The translations under genes were made by a program, and so were the position numbers. Below the pieces are notes generated by a model. The model worked only from the letters and a program-made list of their open reading frames with translations. It was not told the origin of the DNA and searched no databases. A stretch of DNA of 64,000 nt from Candidatus Aalborgicola danicus (lineage in GTDB: Bacteria; Pseudomonadota; Gammaproteobacteria; Burkholderiales; Burkholderiaceae_C): the NCBI GenBank assembly GCA_016703945.1, contig JADJBC010000041.1:131558-195557 (forward strand), read 5' to 3'. Below, piece after piece: positions 27,690 to 40,515 of the stretch. The stretch's first letter is position 1, and each line of letters begins with the position of its first letter.

Positions 27690-28391
27690 TTAGCTTTTAA
27701 AGTCGAGCGGAGTGTCGACCACAGGCAGGTGCCCGGTCTTCACCAGAATCAGACAGCCCTCCCGACTAAAAGGTTGGTGCTGGCTAAGATGGGGACTGCG
27801 AATCCAGCTCCCTTGATGGTAGCTTCCATATTCGTCAGAAAAGACACCCTCAACGACGAGTATTTCTTCCCCACCGAAGTGGCGATGCGGGTTGAAAAAT
27901 GTTCCAGGTGCCCAGCGCACCATAGCCGTGTGTTGGGTGCCAAATTCGGCCAGTGGCAAAACCGTCAAGCCCTTAACAAGCCCCTGAAGCCAATGCGACT
28001 GTCGGGTGTCTACCACCCGCCGTTCGGCATCTGCCGGGTCGAGATGACGGAGTTTTACAAACAATAGGCAGCCGTCCACTGAAAACGGTGCGTGCCGGGA
28101 GCCTGGTGGGTTTTTCAGGTAAGTGCCGGGTCCATAGGTACCGGCTTCATCGCTGAGCGTCCCATCGAGCACCAAAATCTCTTCACCCAATTCGTGGTCG
28201 TGCGATTCAAAACTTGCCCCGGCAGCGTATCGAACAATAGATGTAGCCTTTGCGGCCTCGGCACCGGCGCGCTCGAGCATCCGGCGGTGTATCAAGGGTG
28301 AAGGCGAGGCTTGCCAGGCCAACGTGCTGCTATCTACGACGCAGCGCCGTGAAAAGTCTGTATTGAGTCGCACGTGGTCCATGTCACTCAA
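27690..28391 (-). CDS. Bicupin protein (ChrR-like cupin domains)
   Basis: Two cupin repeats: HDHELGEEILVLDGTLSDEAGTYGPGTYL...PGSRHAP and HRHFGGEEILVVEGVFSDEYGSYHQGSWIRSPHLSQHQP. Confidence 0.75.
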   Translation of the reverse strand: MSDMDHVRLNTDFSRRCVVDSSTLAWQASPSPLIHRRMLERAGAEAAKATSIVRYAAGASFESHDHELGEEILVLDGTLSDEAGTYGPGTYLKNPPGSRHAPFSVDGCLLFVKLRHLDPADAERRVVDTRQSHWLQGLVKGLTVLPLAEFGTQHTAMVRWAPGTFFNPHRHFGGEEILVVEGVFSDEYGSYHQGSWIRSPHLSQHQPFSREGCLILVKTGHLPVVDTPLDFKS

Positions 28392-28720
28392 TCGGGGTCT
28401 GAATTGCCGGCGGGGGTTGTCAAATCAGGGTCAAAGTTCTCGCGTGGTGGCTCATTTGCGACCGGGCGGCACATTTTTTCGCCATCCCATTGTTGCCCAC
28501 ACCAACACAGGCCGCGGGTGTCAATGATGCACGTTCCCGTGCCACAGCAGCGCTCGTCATCTTGCATGGCTTTATCCCGATAGGTAAGTGAGCGTGGTGC
28601 GTGAATGCGAATGCCCGCAAAATTCCCACAGATAAGGGTGGTGTGGCAGCATTCATTGCTTGAAGTAATTTTGCTCTTTTCTGAATTTCGCCCATTGGCA
28701 TGAGGATATTGAATCGACAT
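28388..28720 (-). CDS. Cysteine-rich small protein (CWC-type motif)
   Basis: ERCCGTGTCIIDTRGLCWCGQQWDGEKMC. Its stop overlaps the start of the bicupin gene (ATGA). Confidence 0.55.
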   Translation of the reverse strand: MSIQYPHANGRNSEKSKITSSNECCHTTLICGNFAGIRIHAPRSLTYRDKAMQDDERCCGTGTCIIDTRGLCWCGQQWDGEKMCRPVANEPPRENFDPDLTTPAGNSDPD

Positions 28721-29078
28721 GACAGCATTGAACGTTCTGGGAGGCCCGCTATTAGCCTGCTCCTATGCTCCGTTGACCGGTTACCTTCGCGATGGTTGCT
28801 GCCAAACGGATGAAAGCGACCACGGCACCCATGTGGTTTGCGCCAGGATCACCAGTGATTTTCTGGCGTATTCACTCGCGCAGGGAAACGACCTGATAAC
28901 GCCCCGACCGGAATACCGATTTGCCGGACTCAAACCTGGCGACCGTTGGTGCCTTTGCGCTGTGCGCTGGAAAGAGGCTGTTTTAGCGGGAGTTGCGCCA
29001 CCGGTACATCTGGACGCAACCCATGCCAAGGCACTGGAGACAGTGTCTCTGGAGCAACTGAAGCGACACGCGCTCTGA
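28719..29078 (+). CDS. DUF2237 family protein
   Basis: NVLGGPLLACSYAPLTGYLRDGCCQTDESDHGTHVVCA...GDRWCLCAVRW is the hallmark DUF2237 sequence. Confidence 0.8.
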   Translation: MTALNVLGGPLLACSYAPLTGYLRDGCCQTDESDHGTHVVCARITSDFLAYSLAQGNDLITPRPEYRFAGLKPGDRWCLCAVRWKEAVLAGVAPPVHLDATHAKALETVSLEQLKRHAL

Positions 29079-29095
29079 ACTGAGGTGACAACGTT

Positions 29096-31983
<2,888 letters not shown>

Positions 31984-31993
31984 CTAATGACCA

Positions 31994-32030
31994 AACCCCC
32001 GGGAGGCCGGGGGTTTGCGCCGTATGGCGC
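31994..32030 (-). terminator. Two adjacent GC hairpins between dnaN and gyrB (possible attenuator/terminator)
   Basis: AAACCCCCGG-gagg-CCGGGGGTTT followed by GCGCC-gtat-GGCGC. There is only a short T-run on the transcribed strand. Confidence 0.35.
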
Positions 32031-32046
32031 TACATTTTCAGTAGCA

Positions 32047-33153
32047 TTAAATTCTCATCGGCATTACCACGTATTTGAACGTGGCGTTGTCCGGAATGGT
32101 GAACAGCGCCGAGCTGTTGCCATCGGACAGTTCCAGCTTGACCATGTCCTGGCTCATATTGGCCAGCGCATCGATCAGGTAGGTCACGTTGAAACCAATC
32201 TCGATGCTGTCGCCGCCGTAGTCGATGTCCAGTTCGTCCACGGCTTCTTCCTGCTCGGCATTGTTGGACGCCACGCGCAGGCTACCGGGGTCGATGTTCA
32301 GGCGCACGCCCTTGAACTTGTCACTGGTCAGAATCGCAGTGCGCTGCAGCGTGGCCAGCAGGGCGGTGCGACCCAGCGTGATGCTGTTCTTGTGGTTCTT
32401 GGGAATGACTCGGTTGTAGTCGGGGAACTTGCCCTCGACCAGCTTGGTCACGAACTCCATGCCGTCGAACACGAACTTGGCCTGGTTGTTGGCGAACTGC
32501 ATCTCGATGGCGCCTTCGGCGTCGGACAACAGGCGCTGCAACTCCACTACGGTCTTGCGCGGCAGGATCACTTCTTGTTTCGGCACTTCCACGTCCAGCG
32601 TGGCGGAGGCAAAGGCCAGGCGGTGGCCATCGGTGGCAACCAGGCTGAGCGTCTTGCCTTCGGCAACAAACAGGATGCCGTTAAGGTAGTAGCGAATGTC
32701 ATGCACGGCCATTGCAAACGACACCTGGCTCAGCAGGCTCTTCAGTGTCTTTTGCGGCACGCTGAACACAGGGCCGAAGTTGGCCGATTCCTGCACCAGC
32801 GGAAAGTCTTCAGCGGCCATGGTTTGCAGCGTGAACTTGCTTTTGCCGCCCTTGAGAATGATTTTGCTCTGACTGGATTCCAGCGACACGGTCTGGTCGG
32901 CTGGCATGGTGCGCAGAATGTCGATGAGTTTGCGCGCGCCAATGGTGGTGGTGAAGTTGCCGGTATCACCACCCAGTTCGGCGGTGGTGCGGATCTGGAT
33001 TTCGAGGTCGCTGGTGGTGACCTGTAATGAAGTGCCGGTTTTGCGGATCAACACATTGGCGAGTATGGGCAAGGTGTGTCGGCGTTCTACAATTCCGGCG
33101 ACGGACTGTAGTACCGAGAGGACTTTGTCCTGCGTTGCCTTCAAAACGATCAT
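32047..33153 (-). CDS. dnaN: DNA polymerase III beta sliding clamp
   Basis: MIVLKATQDKVLSVLQSVAGIVERRHTLPILANVLI..., 368 aa. Located between dnaA and gyrB. Confidence 0.95.
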   Translation of the reverse strand: MIVLKATQDKVLSVLQSVAGIVERRHTLPILANVLIRKTGTSLQVTTSDLEIQIRTTAELGGDTGNFTTTIGARKLIDILRTMPADQTVSLESSQSKIILKGGKSKFTLQTMAAEDFPLVQESANFGPVFSVPQKTLKSLLSQVSFAMAVHDIRYYLNGILFVAEGKTLSLVATDGHRLAFASATLDVEVPKQEVILPRKTVVELQRLLSDAEGAIEMQFANNQAKFVFDGMEFVTKLVEGKFPDYNRVIPKNHKNSITLGRTALLATLQRTAILTSDKFKGVRLNIDPGSLRVASNNAEQEEAVDELDIDYGGDSIEIGFNVTYLIDALANMSQDMVKLELSDGNSSALFTIPDNATFKYVVMPMRI

Positions 33154-33275
33154 GTCAACCTCTTCTTTAATATCTGTTGTCGCAACTCTTTGCGCCACGT
33201 ACCCGGTTTTTCCAGAAACCATCCATTTTCCCAGTTTTGTGCGCTACTTTCGGTCGGCTGGTGTTTTATTCGTGT

Positions 33276-34688
33276 TCAACCTTTAAGCGTTTGTTCCAAC
33301 ACATGCAGTTGCTGGTTCAGTTCGGTCATCTGCTGGCGCTCGCCATTGATTTTGCGCACGGCGTGTAACACTGTCGTGTGGTCGCGCCCGCCAAACAATT
33401 CTCCGATTTCGGGAAGACTTTTTTGTGTCAATTCCTTGGCCAGGTACATGGCAATCTGGCGCGGGCGGGCGATGCTGGCCGGGCGCTTTTTGGAGTACAT
33501 GTCGGCGACCTTGATCTTGTAGTAGTCGGCCACCGTTTTCTGAATGTTTTCCACCGAAATTTGCCGGTTTTGGATGGACAGCAGGTCGCGCAGGGCTTCA
33601 CGGGCCAACTGGATGGAAATTTCCTTCTGATTGAAGCGTGAATAGGCCAGAATTTTTCGCAACGCACCTTCGAGTTCACGCACGTTGGACCGAACGTTCT
33701 TTGCTACAAAAAAGGCTACCTCTTCGGGCATTTCCGTGCCTTCAACGCGGGCTTTATTGATGAGGATCGCCACCCGCATTTCCAGTTCAGGCGGTTCAAT
33801 TGCAACCGTCAGGCCGGAGTCGAAGCGGGACACCAGACGTTCGTGGATGTCGGTCAAACCTTTGGGGTAGGTGTCGCTGGTCATCACGATGTGTGATTTC
33901 TTGGCCAGCAAGGCTTCAAAGGCGTTGAAGAACTCTTCTTGGGTGCGGTCTTTGTTGGCAAAGAACTGCACATCGTCAATCAACAGCAAATCCAAAGAGT
34001 GATAACGCTCCTTGAATTCGTCAAAAGTCTTACGCTGGTAGGCTTTAACCACATCCGATACAAATTGCTCCGCGTGGATGTAGAGAACTTTGGATCCGGG
34101 CTTGTCCGCCAATAGCCGGTTTCCAACAGCGTGCATCAAGTGGGTCTTGCCCAAGCCGACGCCGCCGTAGATGAACAAGGGGTTGTACAAATGACCTGGA
34201 ATGGTCGCTACATGCATGGCGGCGGCACGGGCCATGCGATTGGCAGTTCCTTCCACCAGGTTTTCAAACGTCAAGCTGCTGTTGAGCCGGTTCTTGGGAA
34301 GGCCGGATGGCGTCGGTTCCCCCGCTGCCACACTTTCCTCCGCTGAAACCATTTCGACGATTGGAGAGATAACCACTTTCCGGACAATGGTTTCCCGGGG
34401 AGTGATCGCTAACTCAATCTGAACCGGTTGCCCATACATTTTTTCAAGCATCTGCGCAATGCGCCCGCTGTATTGCGCCCGAACCCAGTCCAGTTTGAAG
34501 CGGTTCGCGATATAAATGGTGACCTTGGAAAAATCTTCCTCCACTTGTGCAATGAGAGGCTTGATCCAGGTGTTGAACTGCTGTTCAGGAAGTTCCTGGG
34601 CAAGTTGGTCAACACAGCTCTGCCACAGACTTTGGCCTATATCGAGCCCGGTAGAAGGGGTTGGGTTAGATGGGTGTCCCTCGGTCAT
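33276..34688 (-). CDS. dnaA: Chromosomal replication initiator DnaA
   Basis: FENLVEG..N, Walker [23 protein letters not shown], and the C-terminal DNA-binding region [16 protein letters not shown]. Confidence 0.97.
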   Translation of the reverse strand: MTEGHPSNPTPSTGLDIGQSLWQSCVDQLAQELPEQQFNTWIKPLIAQVEEDFSKVTIYIANRFKLDWVRAQYSGRIAQMLEKMYGQPVQIELAITPRETIVRKVVISPIVEMVSAEESVAAGEPTPSGLPKNRLNSSLTFENLVEGTANRMARAAAMHVATIPGHLYNPLFIYGGVGLGKTHLMHAVGNRLLADKPGSKVLYIHAEQFVSDVVKAYQRKTFDEFKERYHSLDLLLIDDVQFFANKDRTQEEFFNAFEALLAKKSHIVMTSDTYPKGLTDIHERLVSRFDSGLTVAIEPPELEMRVAILINKARVEGTEMPEEVAFFVAKNVRSNVRELEGALRKILAYSRFNQKEISIQLAREALRDLLSIQNRQISVENIQKTVADYYKIKVADMYSKKRPASIARPRQIAMYLAKELTQKSLPEIGELFGGRDHTTVLHAVRKINGERQQMTELNQQLHVLEQTLKG

Positions 34689-34704
34689 TATTCTTTTCAG
34701 CTTC

Positions 34705-34762
34705 TGTGGATAGTTATGGTTTGCTGCACATTGAATTGTAATTTATCAAAACCTTATCCACA
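34705..34762. promoter_or_regulatory. DnaA boxes in the dnaA-rpmH spacer (dnaA autoregulation and/or oriC)
   Basis: TGTGGATAG (34705-34713) and a perfect TTATCCACA (34754-34762) flank an AT-rich stretch (cacattgaattgtaatttatcaaaacc). Confidence 0.6.
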
Positions 34763-34817
34763 ATTTTGCAGTGCAGCAGCAACCTACAGTGCTACGGCGC
34801 GTTCCAGATGTAAGGCC

Positions 34818-34846
34818 TTGCCCTGCCTGAGAAAATTTGCCATAAT
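34818..34846 (+). promoter_or_regulatory. Candidate sigma-70 promoter for rpmH-rnpA
   Basis: TTGCCC, 17 nt, then CATAAT. Confidence 0.4.
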
Positions 34847-34940
34847 CGACGGTTCCCCTGATTGTGTTCAGGGCGATTTGACCGAGAACCGCCGTTTTAA
34901 ATGGTAGTGTTCCGAAACTGAGCCTGTTAGGAATTCCAAA

Positions 34941-35075
34941 ATGAAACGCACTTACCAACCCTCCAAAATCCGTCGTGCCCGCACCCACGGCTTTCTTGTT
35001 CGTATGAAAACCCGTGGTGGCCGCGCGGTCATCAATGCGCGTCGCGCCAAAGGCCGCAAGCGCCTGGCCGTCTAG
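34941..35075 (+). CDS. rpmH: 50S ribosomal protein L34
   Basis: [44 protein letters not shown], 44 aa. It is below the ORF-track length cutoff. Confidence 0.95.
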   Translation: MKRTYQPSKIRRARTHGFLVRMKTRGGRAVINARRAKGRKRLAV

Positions 35076-35149
35076 CCGCTGGTTGCGGGTGTATTCCTGC
35101 ACATGCGCCTCGCGGTTTTGCCGGCGTGCGGTTTTGGTAAAGAGCCAAC

Positions 35150-35548
35150 GTGCAGCGATTGAAATCTAGGCCCCAGTTTCAGGCAGTCCTGGCTGGGAGT
35201 ACTGTAGCTCGGACCGCGCACTTTGCCATGCATTGCTGCCCTCTTGAGTTGCCGCAGCCTCTTAGTCATAGCCCGGCTTTGTTTGCCGTGAACGCGGTAT
35301 GGTTCGGTGCTATGGTTCCTAAGCGTTGGGCAAAACGGGCTGTGACCCGAAACACCATCAAACGTCAGATTTACAGCGTCAGTGTTGATTTTGAGTCCGT
35401 GTTATCCACACGGGCGCATGTGGTCCGATTGCGTGCCGGGTTTGATCGGGTGCAGTTTCCAAGCGCGACGTCCGATGCGCTCAAAGCGGCCGTTCGTGCT
35501 GAATTACGGCTGCTGTTTTCGCGGGTTCAAGAGGCTGTTGCCAAATGA
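35150..35548 (+). CDS. rnpA: Ribonuclease P protein component
   Basis: Basic protein with KRWAKRAVTRNTIKRQIY (RNR-like motif). Positioned between rpmH and yidD. Confidence 0.85.
   Translation: MQRLKSRPQFQAVLAGSTVARTAHFAMHCCPLELPQPLSHSPALFAVNAVWFGAMVPKRWAKRAVTRNTIKRQIYSVSVDFESVLSTRAHVVRLRAGFDRVQFPSATSDALKAAVRAELRLLFSRVQEAVAK
35402..35410 (+). promoter_or_regulatory. Perfect DnaA box inside rnpA
   Basis: TTATCCACA. This is the third perfect copy in the window. Confidence 0.4.
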
Positions 35549-35820
35549 TGCGTGTCGCCCTTATGCAAGTTGTCAAAGCATACCGGATGTTTTTGAGCCC
35601 GTGGTTGGGGTCGTCTTGTCGCTTTGAACCCACTTGTTCCCTGTATGCTCTCACGGCCTTGGAGTCGCATGGTGCGGCGGCCGGTAGTTACCTTGCTGCT
35701 ACTCGAATCGCGCGTTGTCACCCTTGGTGTGCGGGAGGTCTTGATCCTGTGCCCAGTGAAGCTCCCAGGTTGTTTGCCTGGCTGACCCCCTCTTCCCATT
35801 CTGAAAAGAAACGCTCATGA
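35545..35820 (+). CDS. yidD: Membrane protein insertion efficiency factor YidD
   Basis: YRMFLSPWLGSSCRFEPTCSLYALTALESHG...RIARCHPW. ATGA overlaps with both rnpA and yidC. Confidence 0.85.
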   Translation: MMRVALMQVVKAYRMFLSPWLGSSCRFEPTCSLYALTALESHGAAAGSYLAATRIARCHPWCAGGLDPVPSEAPRLFAWLTPSSHSEKKRS

Positions 35821-37550
35821 ACGATATTCGCCGCACCATTTTGTGGGTGATTTTTGGCTTCTCCATGGTTCTGTTGTGGGATCAGTGGCAGATACACAAC
35901 GGTAAGAAAGCGACTTTTTTCCCAGCTCCGGCTCAGCAGGTTGCAGTTGCCACCAATGGTACGACCGGTTCTGTTCCAAGTGTGAATTCAGCGGGTGTGC
36001 CCAGCAGCGCGGGGTCGGCGCCCCTTGTGTCCGTAGCGCCTGCTACCACCGGGTCGGCGTTGGTGAACCCGTCCGTGCCCAAAGAACGTTTTGAGGTTAC
36101 CACCGATGTGTTGAAACTGACCTTTGAGTCCGAAGGTGGTTCTTTGGTTCGTACCGAGTTTCTTAAGCACACCGACATGAGCGACAAGAGCAAGAATTTT
36201 GTACTGCTCGATGACAACAAGGAGCGTGTTTATTTGGCGCAGTCCGGCGTGATCGGTGGCGGCGCTGCTGGCAGCCTTCCGACCCACAAGACCCCCATGA
36301 CCATGAGTGGCGCTCGAACGCTCAAAGACGGCGATGACGAATTGGTAGTCAAGTTCACTTCGGGAGAGGTGGGCGGCATCAAGTTGGTCAAGACCTACAC
36401 CCTGCGCCGCGGTGCTTACGATATGGCGGTCAAACACGAACTGACCAATGTGTCCAATGCGCCGCTGTCACCGCAGCTCTATCTGCAACTGGTTCGCGAC
36501 GGCAGCAAACCGCCAGGCGAGTCGTCTTTCTATTCCACTTTCACCGGACCAGCGGTTTATACGACGGCCAAAAAATACCAAAAGGTGGAGTTCGACGAGA
36601 TCAAGAAAAAGAAGGCCGACTACGAAAAGCAGGCAACGGATGGTTATGTGGCGATGGTCCAGCATTACTTCGCCAGCGCGTGGATGCTGCCCGATGGTAT
36701 GGCGCGCACGATTTCTGTCGATGGTGTGGACATTGGCTCCTCAGTTGCCGATTGCTGTTACCGTGCCACGATGATCACGGCCCCCGAGACAATTGCCCCG
36801 GACACCACCAAAGTTATCGAGACCAAGTTTTTTGCCGGCCCACAACAGGAAACTACGCTGGAAAAACTGGCACCTGGCCTGGAATTGGTTAAGGACTACG
36901 GTTGGCTTACCATTTTGGCCAAACCCCTTTATTGGCTGCTCGACAAGTTGCACGGCTTCATCCTGAATTGGGGGTGGTCCATCGTCGCCCTGGTGGTATT
37001 GCTGAAGATCGCCTTCTACTGGCTCAATGCCAAAGCGTATGCAAGCATGGCCAAGATGAAGGCGGTAAACCCCAAGATCATGGAGATGCGCGAGCGCCTG
37101 AAGGACAACCCGCAACAGATGCAGCAGGAGATGATGCGGATTTACCGTGAGGAGAAAGTCAACCCCATGGGAGGCTGCTTCCCCATCATGGTCCAAATTC
37201 CCGTATTCATTGCGCTTTACTGGGTTCTGTTGTCCAGCGTGGAGATGCGCAACGCGCCGTGGATTCTGTGGATCAAGGATTTGTCGTCGCCTGATCCCTA
37301 CTACATCCTGCCCCTGGTCATGACGTTGACGACTTTGCTGCAAACCGCGTTGAACCCCACGCCGCCGGACCCGATGCAAGCCAAGATGATGTGGTTTATG
37401 CCACTGATCTTCAGCGTGATGTTCTTCTTCTTCCCGGCCGGTCTGGTGTTGTATTGGATTACCAACAACATATTGTCCATTGCCCAGCAGTGGATCATCA
37501 ATACCCGTATGGGTGTGCCGCCGCAGTTTAATCTGCCGAAGTTCAAGTAA
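35817..37550 (+). CDS. yidC: Membrane protein insertase YidC
   Basis: 577 aa. C-terminal core GWSIVALVVLLKIAFYWL...MMRIYREEKVNPMGGCFPIMVQIPVFIALYWVL. Confidence 0.95.
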   Translation: MNDIRRTILWVIFGFSMVLLWDQWQIHNGKKATFFPAPAQQVAVATNGTTGSVPSVNSAGVPSSAGSAPLVSVAPATTGSALVNPSVPKERFEVTTDVLKLTFESEGGSLVRTEFLKHTDMSDKSKNFVLLDDNKERVYLAQSGVIGGGAAGSLPTHKTPMTMSGARTLKDGDDELVVKFTSGEVGGIKLVKTYTLRRGAYDMAVKHELTNVSNAPLSPQLYLQLVRDGSKPPGESSFYSTFTGPAVYTTAKKYQKVEFDEIKKKKADYEKQATDGYVAMVQHYFASAWMLPDGMARTISVDGVDIGSSVADCCYRATMITAPETIAPDTTKVIETKFFAGPQQETTLEKLAPGLELVKDYGWLTILAKPLYWLLDKLHGFILNWGWSIVALVVLLKIAFYWLNAKAYASMAKMKAVNPKIMEMRERLKDNPQQMQQEMMRIYREEKVNPMGGCFPIMVQIPVFIALYWVLLSSVEMRNAPWILWIKDLSSPDPYYILPLVMTLTTLLQTALNPTPPDPMQAKMMWFMPLIFSVMFFFFPAGLVLYWITNNILSIAQQWIINTRMGVPPQFNLPKFK

Positions 37551-37562
37551 CCCCAGAGTTTG

Positions 37563-37625
37563 GTAACCCCCTGAAGCGCCTGCGGAGCCTCCCCCCAGGG
37601 GGCGATGCCAGTGGCCCGGCAGAGC
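37563..37625 (+). repeat. Family C repeat, copy 3 (shorter/diverged)
   Basis: gtaaccccctgaagcgcctgcggagcctccccccagggggcgatgccagtggcccggcagag aligns with copy 2 (taGCCCCCT..GCGG..CCCCCC-n-GGGGG..GGCCCGGC). It lies between yidC and mnmE. Confidence 0.55.
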
Positions 37626-37671
37626 CGGTTCCACGGTATCCCTGGCAAGACAACCCTTTCCTCCGTCTCTT

Positions 37672-39078
37672 ATGCTTGCTCGGCACCACGATCCCATCGT
37701 CGCCATTGCCACGGCCCCGGGGCGTGGGGCGGTCGGGATTGTGCGCGTTAGCGGCAAAAGCTTAGGGCCGTGGGTGGAACACCTGTTGGGTCGCAGTCTG
37801 CGTCCCCGTGAGGCGACCTACCTGCCGTTCAACGACGGGAACGGGGTGGCGATTGACCAGGGCTTGGCTTTGTTTTTTCCGGGGCCGCATTCGTTTACCG
37901 GTGAAGACGTTTTGGAGTTGCAAGCCCACGGTGGTCCGGTGGTGCTGCAATTGCTGCTGGCGCGGGCGTTGGAAGCGGGATCCGAGAGTCAAGGAGCCGA
38001 TGGACAAGCGTGGTTGCCTAGCCTGCGATTGGCGCAGCCGGGTGAGTTTTCTGAGCGGGCGTTCTTGAATGACAAAATTGATTTGGCCCAGGCCGAGGCG
38101 ATTGCCGATTTGATAGATGCCAGCACCGAGGCAGCTGCGCGCAGTGCGGCGCAGTCCTTGTCCGGCGCTTTTTCGCGAGAAATCCATTCTTTGCGTGACA
38201 CCTTGGTTCATTTGCGGATGTTGGTAGAGGCGACGCTGGACTTCCCTGAGGAGGAAATCGATTTTCTCGAACGGTCCGATGCCAAGGGGCAATTGTTGCG
38301 TTTGCAACAAGCGTTGCAGCGCGTGGTGCAACGCGCCTTTCAGGGTGCGTTGTTGCGCGAGGGCATCACAGTGGTGATTGCGGGACAACCCAATGCGGGT
38401 AAGTCATCTTTGCTCAACGCCTTGGCGGGTGCCGAGTTGGCTATCGTGACGCCGATCGCAGGTACGACACGCGACAAAGTACAGCAGACCATTCAGATAG
38501 CAGGTGTACCTATCCATGTGGTCGACACGGCTGGCCTGCGACCCAGCGATGATGATGTCGAGAAGCTGGGTATTGCGCGCACCTGGGAGGCGATTAGCAA
38601 TGCCGATGCAGTGCTGTTTTTGCATGACTTGACACGTGTGTATGCTATTGAATATATAGCTGCTGACGCAGCAATCACGAGGGCTATAGCCGAAAAACTC
38701 TCAGAACATGTGCCGGTGATCGATGTTTGGAACAAGGCCGACGCGATGTCTGGCGTGTTACCAGAGTCAGGCATTGTCATTTCCGCTAAAACCGGTGCTG
38801 GTCTGGAGCATTTGCGCCAAAAGTTGCTGGAAGCTGCCGGCTGGCAGGCTCAGACTGGCGGTGTGTTTATTGCGCGGGAGCGGCATTTACAGGCTCTGCA
38901 GCGGGTGACTTTGCACTTGGAGGCTGCGACGCAACACCTAGCCACGGACAACCAGGCCTTGGACTTGCTCGCTGAAGAATTGCGTTTAGGCCAGACTGCG
39001 CTGAATCAAATCACTGGAGACTTCACCTCCGATGACTTGCTGGGCGTGATTTTCTCGAAATTTTGTATTGGCAAGTAG
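37672..39078 (+). CDS. mnmE: tRNA uridine-5-carboxymethylaminomethyl synthesis GTPase MnmE
   Basis: [23 protein letters not shown]-domain [14 protein letters not shown] / DTAGLR / NKAD, and C-terminal FCIGK. Confidence 0.95.
   Translation: MLARHHDPIVAIATAPGRGAVGIVRVSGKSLGPWVEHLLGRSLRPREATYLPFNDGNGVAIDQGLALFFPGPHSFTGEDVLELQAHGGPVVLQLLLARALEAGSESQGADGQAWLPSLRLAQPGEFSERAFLNDKIDLAQAEAIADLIDASTEAAARSAAQSLSGAFSREIHSLRDTLVHLRMLVEATLDFPEEEIDFLERSDAKGQLLRLQQALQRVVQRAFQGALLREGITVVIAGQPNAGKSSLLNALAGAELAIVTPIAGTTRDKVQQTIQIAGVPIHVVDTAGLRPSDDDVEKLGIARTWEAISNADAVLFLHDLTRVYAIEYIAADAAITRAIAEKLSEHVPVIDVWNKADAMSGVLPESGIVISAKTGAGLEHLRQKLLEAAGWQAQTGGVFIARERHLQALQRVTLHLEAATQHLATDNQALDLLAEELRLGQTALNQITGDFTSDDLLGVIFSKFCIGK
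38643..38691 (+). repeat. Family A repeat, copy 6, in frame inside mnmE
   Basis: tgctattgaatatatagctgctgacgcagcaatcacgagggctatagcc is translated as [16 protein letters not shown], between the LFLHDL segment and the NKAD (G4) motif. Confidence 0.8.
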
Positions 39079-39121
39079 CTGGAATACACTGTTTGAGTTG
39101 TCGTACTCGGAAAATCAAAAG

Positions 39122-39853
39122 ATGTCGCTCCTCAACTGGTTCTCCAAAAAGCCCTCTGCGCAGCTACCCGCGCCCATTGAAAGCTCGGGTCTCGGTCATG
39201 TTGATGCAACCGTACCGTTCAATTCTTCTGGGAAAGGGCGTCCTCGCACGACCATCGCGCCGCCCGGCAGTGCAGCGAATCGCAAGAGCGAGCGTTTGGA
39301 GCGCCGGGAAATGCTGTATTCCGTCGTACGCGAAGCCATGATCAAGGCGGGAGTGTTGTCCTCCAGCTACAAGTTCAAGGTGCTGTCTCTGGATTCGCGT
39401 GGCCGCCAGTACTTGATCATGATGGATTTGGCACGCCAGTATGCTGGTGAAACTTCCCGTTTGGCCGAAATCGAGGGGTTGATCGCGCAGCATGCAAAAC
39501 ACCGGCACGACATTTTGGTAACGGCCGTCTATTGGCGTGTTAACGAACATGTCACGGCAGGTCTTAGCCGCAATGCACCGGTTTCAGCTCCAGCGCCCTT
39601 GGTGAGCAAGTCGATGGAGGTCAAATCACCAGCGATGGCACCCAAGACCGGTTACGAGCCACTGCATCCTGATGAGGTCGCTGCGTTCAAGCAAGCTTTG
39701 GCATCGGTACCTTCGGGCGCTACGCTATCCGCGCCAGGAGAAATAGTGCGGTCCGGGCGCCGCAACCCCGCCCCACAACCCAGCTTCGAAGATACGGAAT
39801 TGGATGATCGGCCATCCCCATTGAGTGGCACGCAATACGGGGATTTCAATTAA
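39122..39853 (+). CDS. Hypothetical protein
   Basis: 243-aa ORF from MSLLNWFSKKP. No recognisable domain. Codon usage looks like neighbouring genes. Confidence 0.5.
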   Translation: MSLLNWFSKKPSAQLPAPIESSGLGHVDATVPFNSSGKGRPRTTIAPPGSAANRKSERLERREMLYSVVREAMIKAGVLSSSYKFKVLSLDSRGRQYLIMMDLARQYAGETSRLAEIEGLIAQHAKHRHDILVTAVYWRVNEHVTAGLSRNAPVSAPAPLVSKSMEVKSPAMAPKTGYEPLHPDEVAAFKQALASVPSGATLSAPGEIVRSGRRNPAPQPSFEDTELDDRPSPLSGTQYGDFN

Positions 39854-39887
39854 AGACAGCTGACAGGTCTTGTGGTTGTGGGCGTCT

Positions 39888-40442
39888 TCAATGACCGCTG
39901 AAATCCACCAGGGTAAAGAGCGGCAGGCCGGACTCCCGTAATTTTTGGGAACCACCGAGTTCAGGCAAGTCAACAATCGCTGCACCTTCCATGACGTGGG
40001 CGCCCAGTCTTTCCAACAGCCTTCGCCCAGCCATCATGGTGCCGCCCGTGGCTATCAGATCGTCGATCAGCAGGACCCGGTCGCCTGCCTTAACGGCGTC
40101 GGTGTGCAGCTCGACGGTTGCGCTACCGTATTCGAGTTCATAGGTCTCTTCCACCGTGGTAAAGGGTAATTTTCCCTTCTTGCGGATCGGCACAAAACCA
40201 ACATTGAGTTCGTAGGCCACCACAGCGCCCAGAATGAAGCCCCGTGCGTCCAGCCCGGCCACGATATCCGGGCGCATGCCTGCATCCATGTAGCGGTGGA
40301 CAAACGCATCAATCAGGACGCGGAAAACCCTGGCGTTTTGAAGCAGGGGGGTGATGTCGCGGAACTGCACACCGGGGGTGGGCCAATCCGGTACGGTACG
40401 AATGTTGTCGCGAAGGTACTGGTTGACACTGGTGTTTTGCAT
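39888..40442 (-). CDS. apt: Adenine phosphoribosyltransferase
   Basis: [21 protein letters not shown]...[12 protein letters not shown]...[13 protein letters not shown] (PRPP motif). The start was taken at MQNTSVNQ (40442). Confidence 0.92.
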   Translation of the reverse strand: MQNTSVNQYLRDNIRTVPDWPTPGVQFRDITPLLQNARVFRVLIDAFVHRYMDAGMRPDIVAGLDARGFILGAVVAYELNVGFVPIRKKGKLPFTTVEETYELEYGSATVELHTDAVKAGDRVLLIDDLIATGGTMMAGRRLLERLGAHVMEGAAIVDLPELGGSQKLRESGLPLFTLVDFSGH

Positions 40443-40515
40443 GGTTGAGACGGCGCGTAGGGTTCGTGGGTCGACAGCAGGTTGCATTGTGCCCGTGTCG
40501 GCGCGGCCGCAGGCA

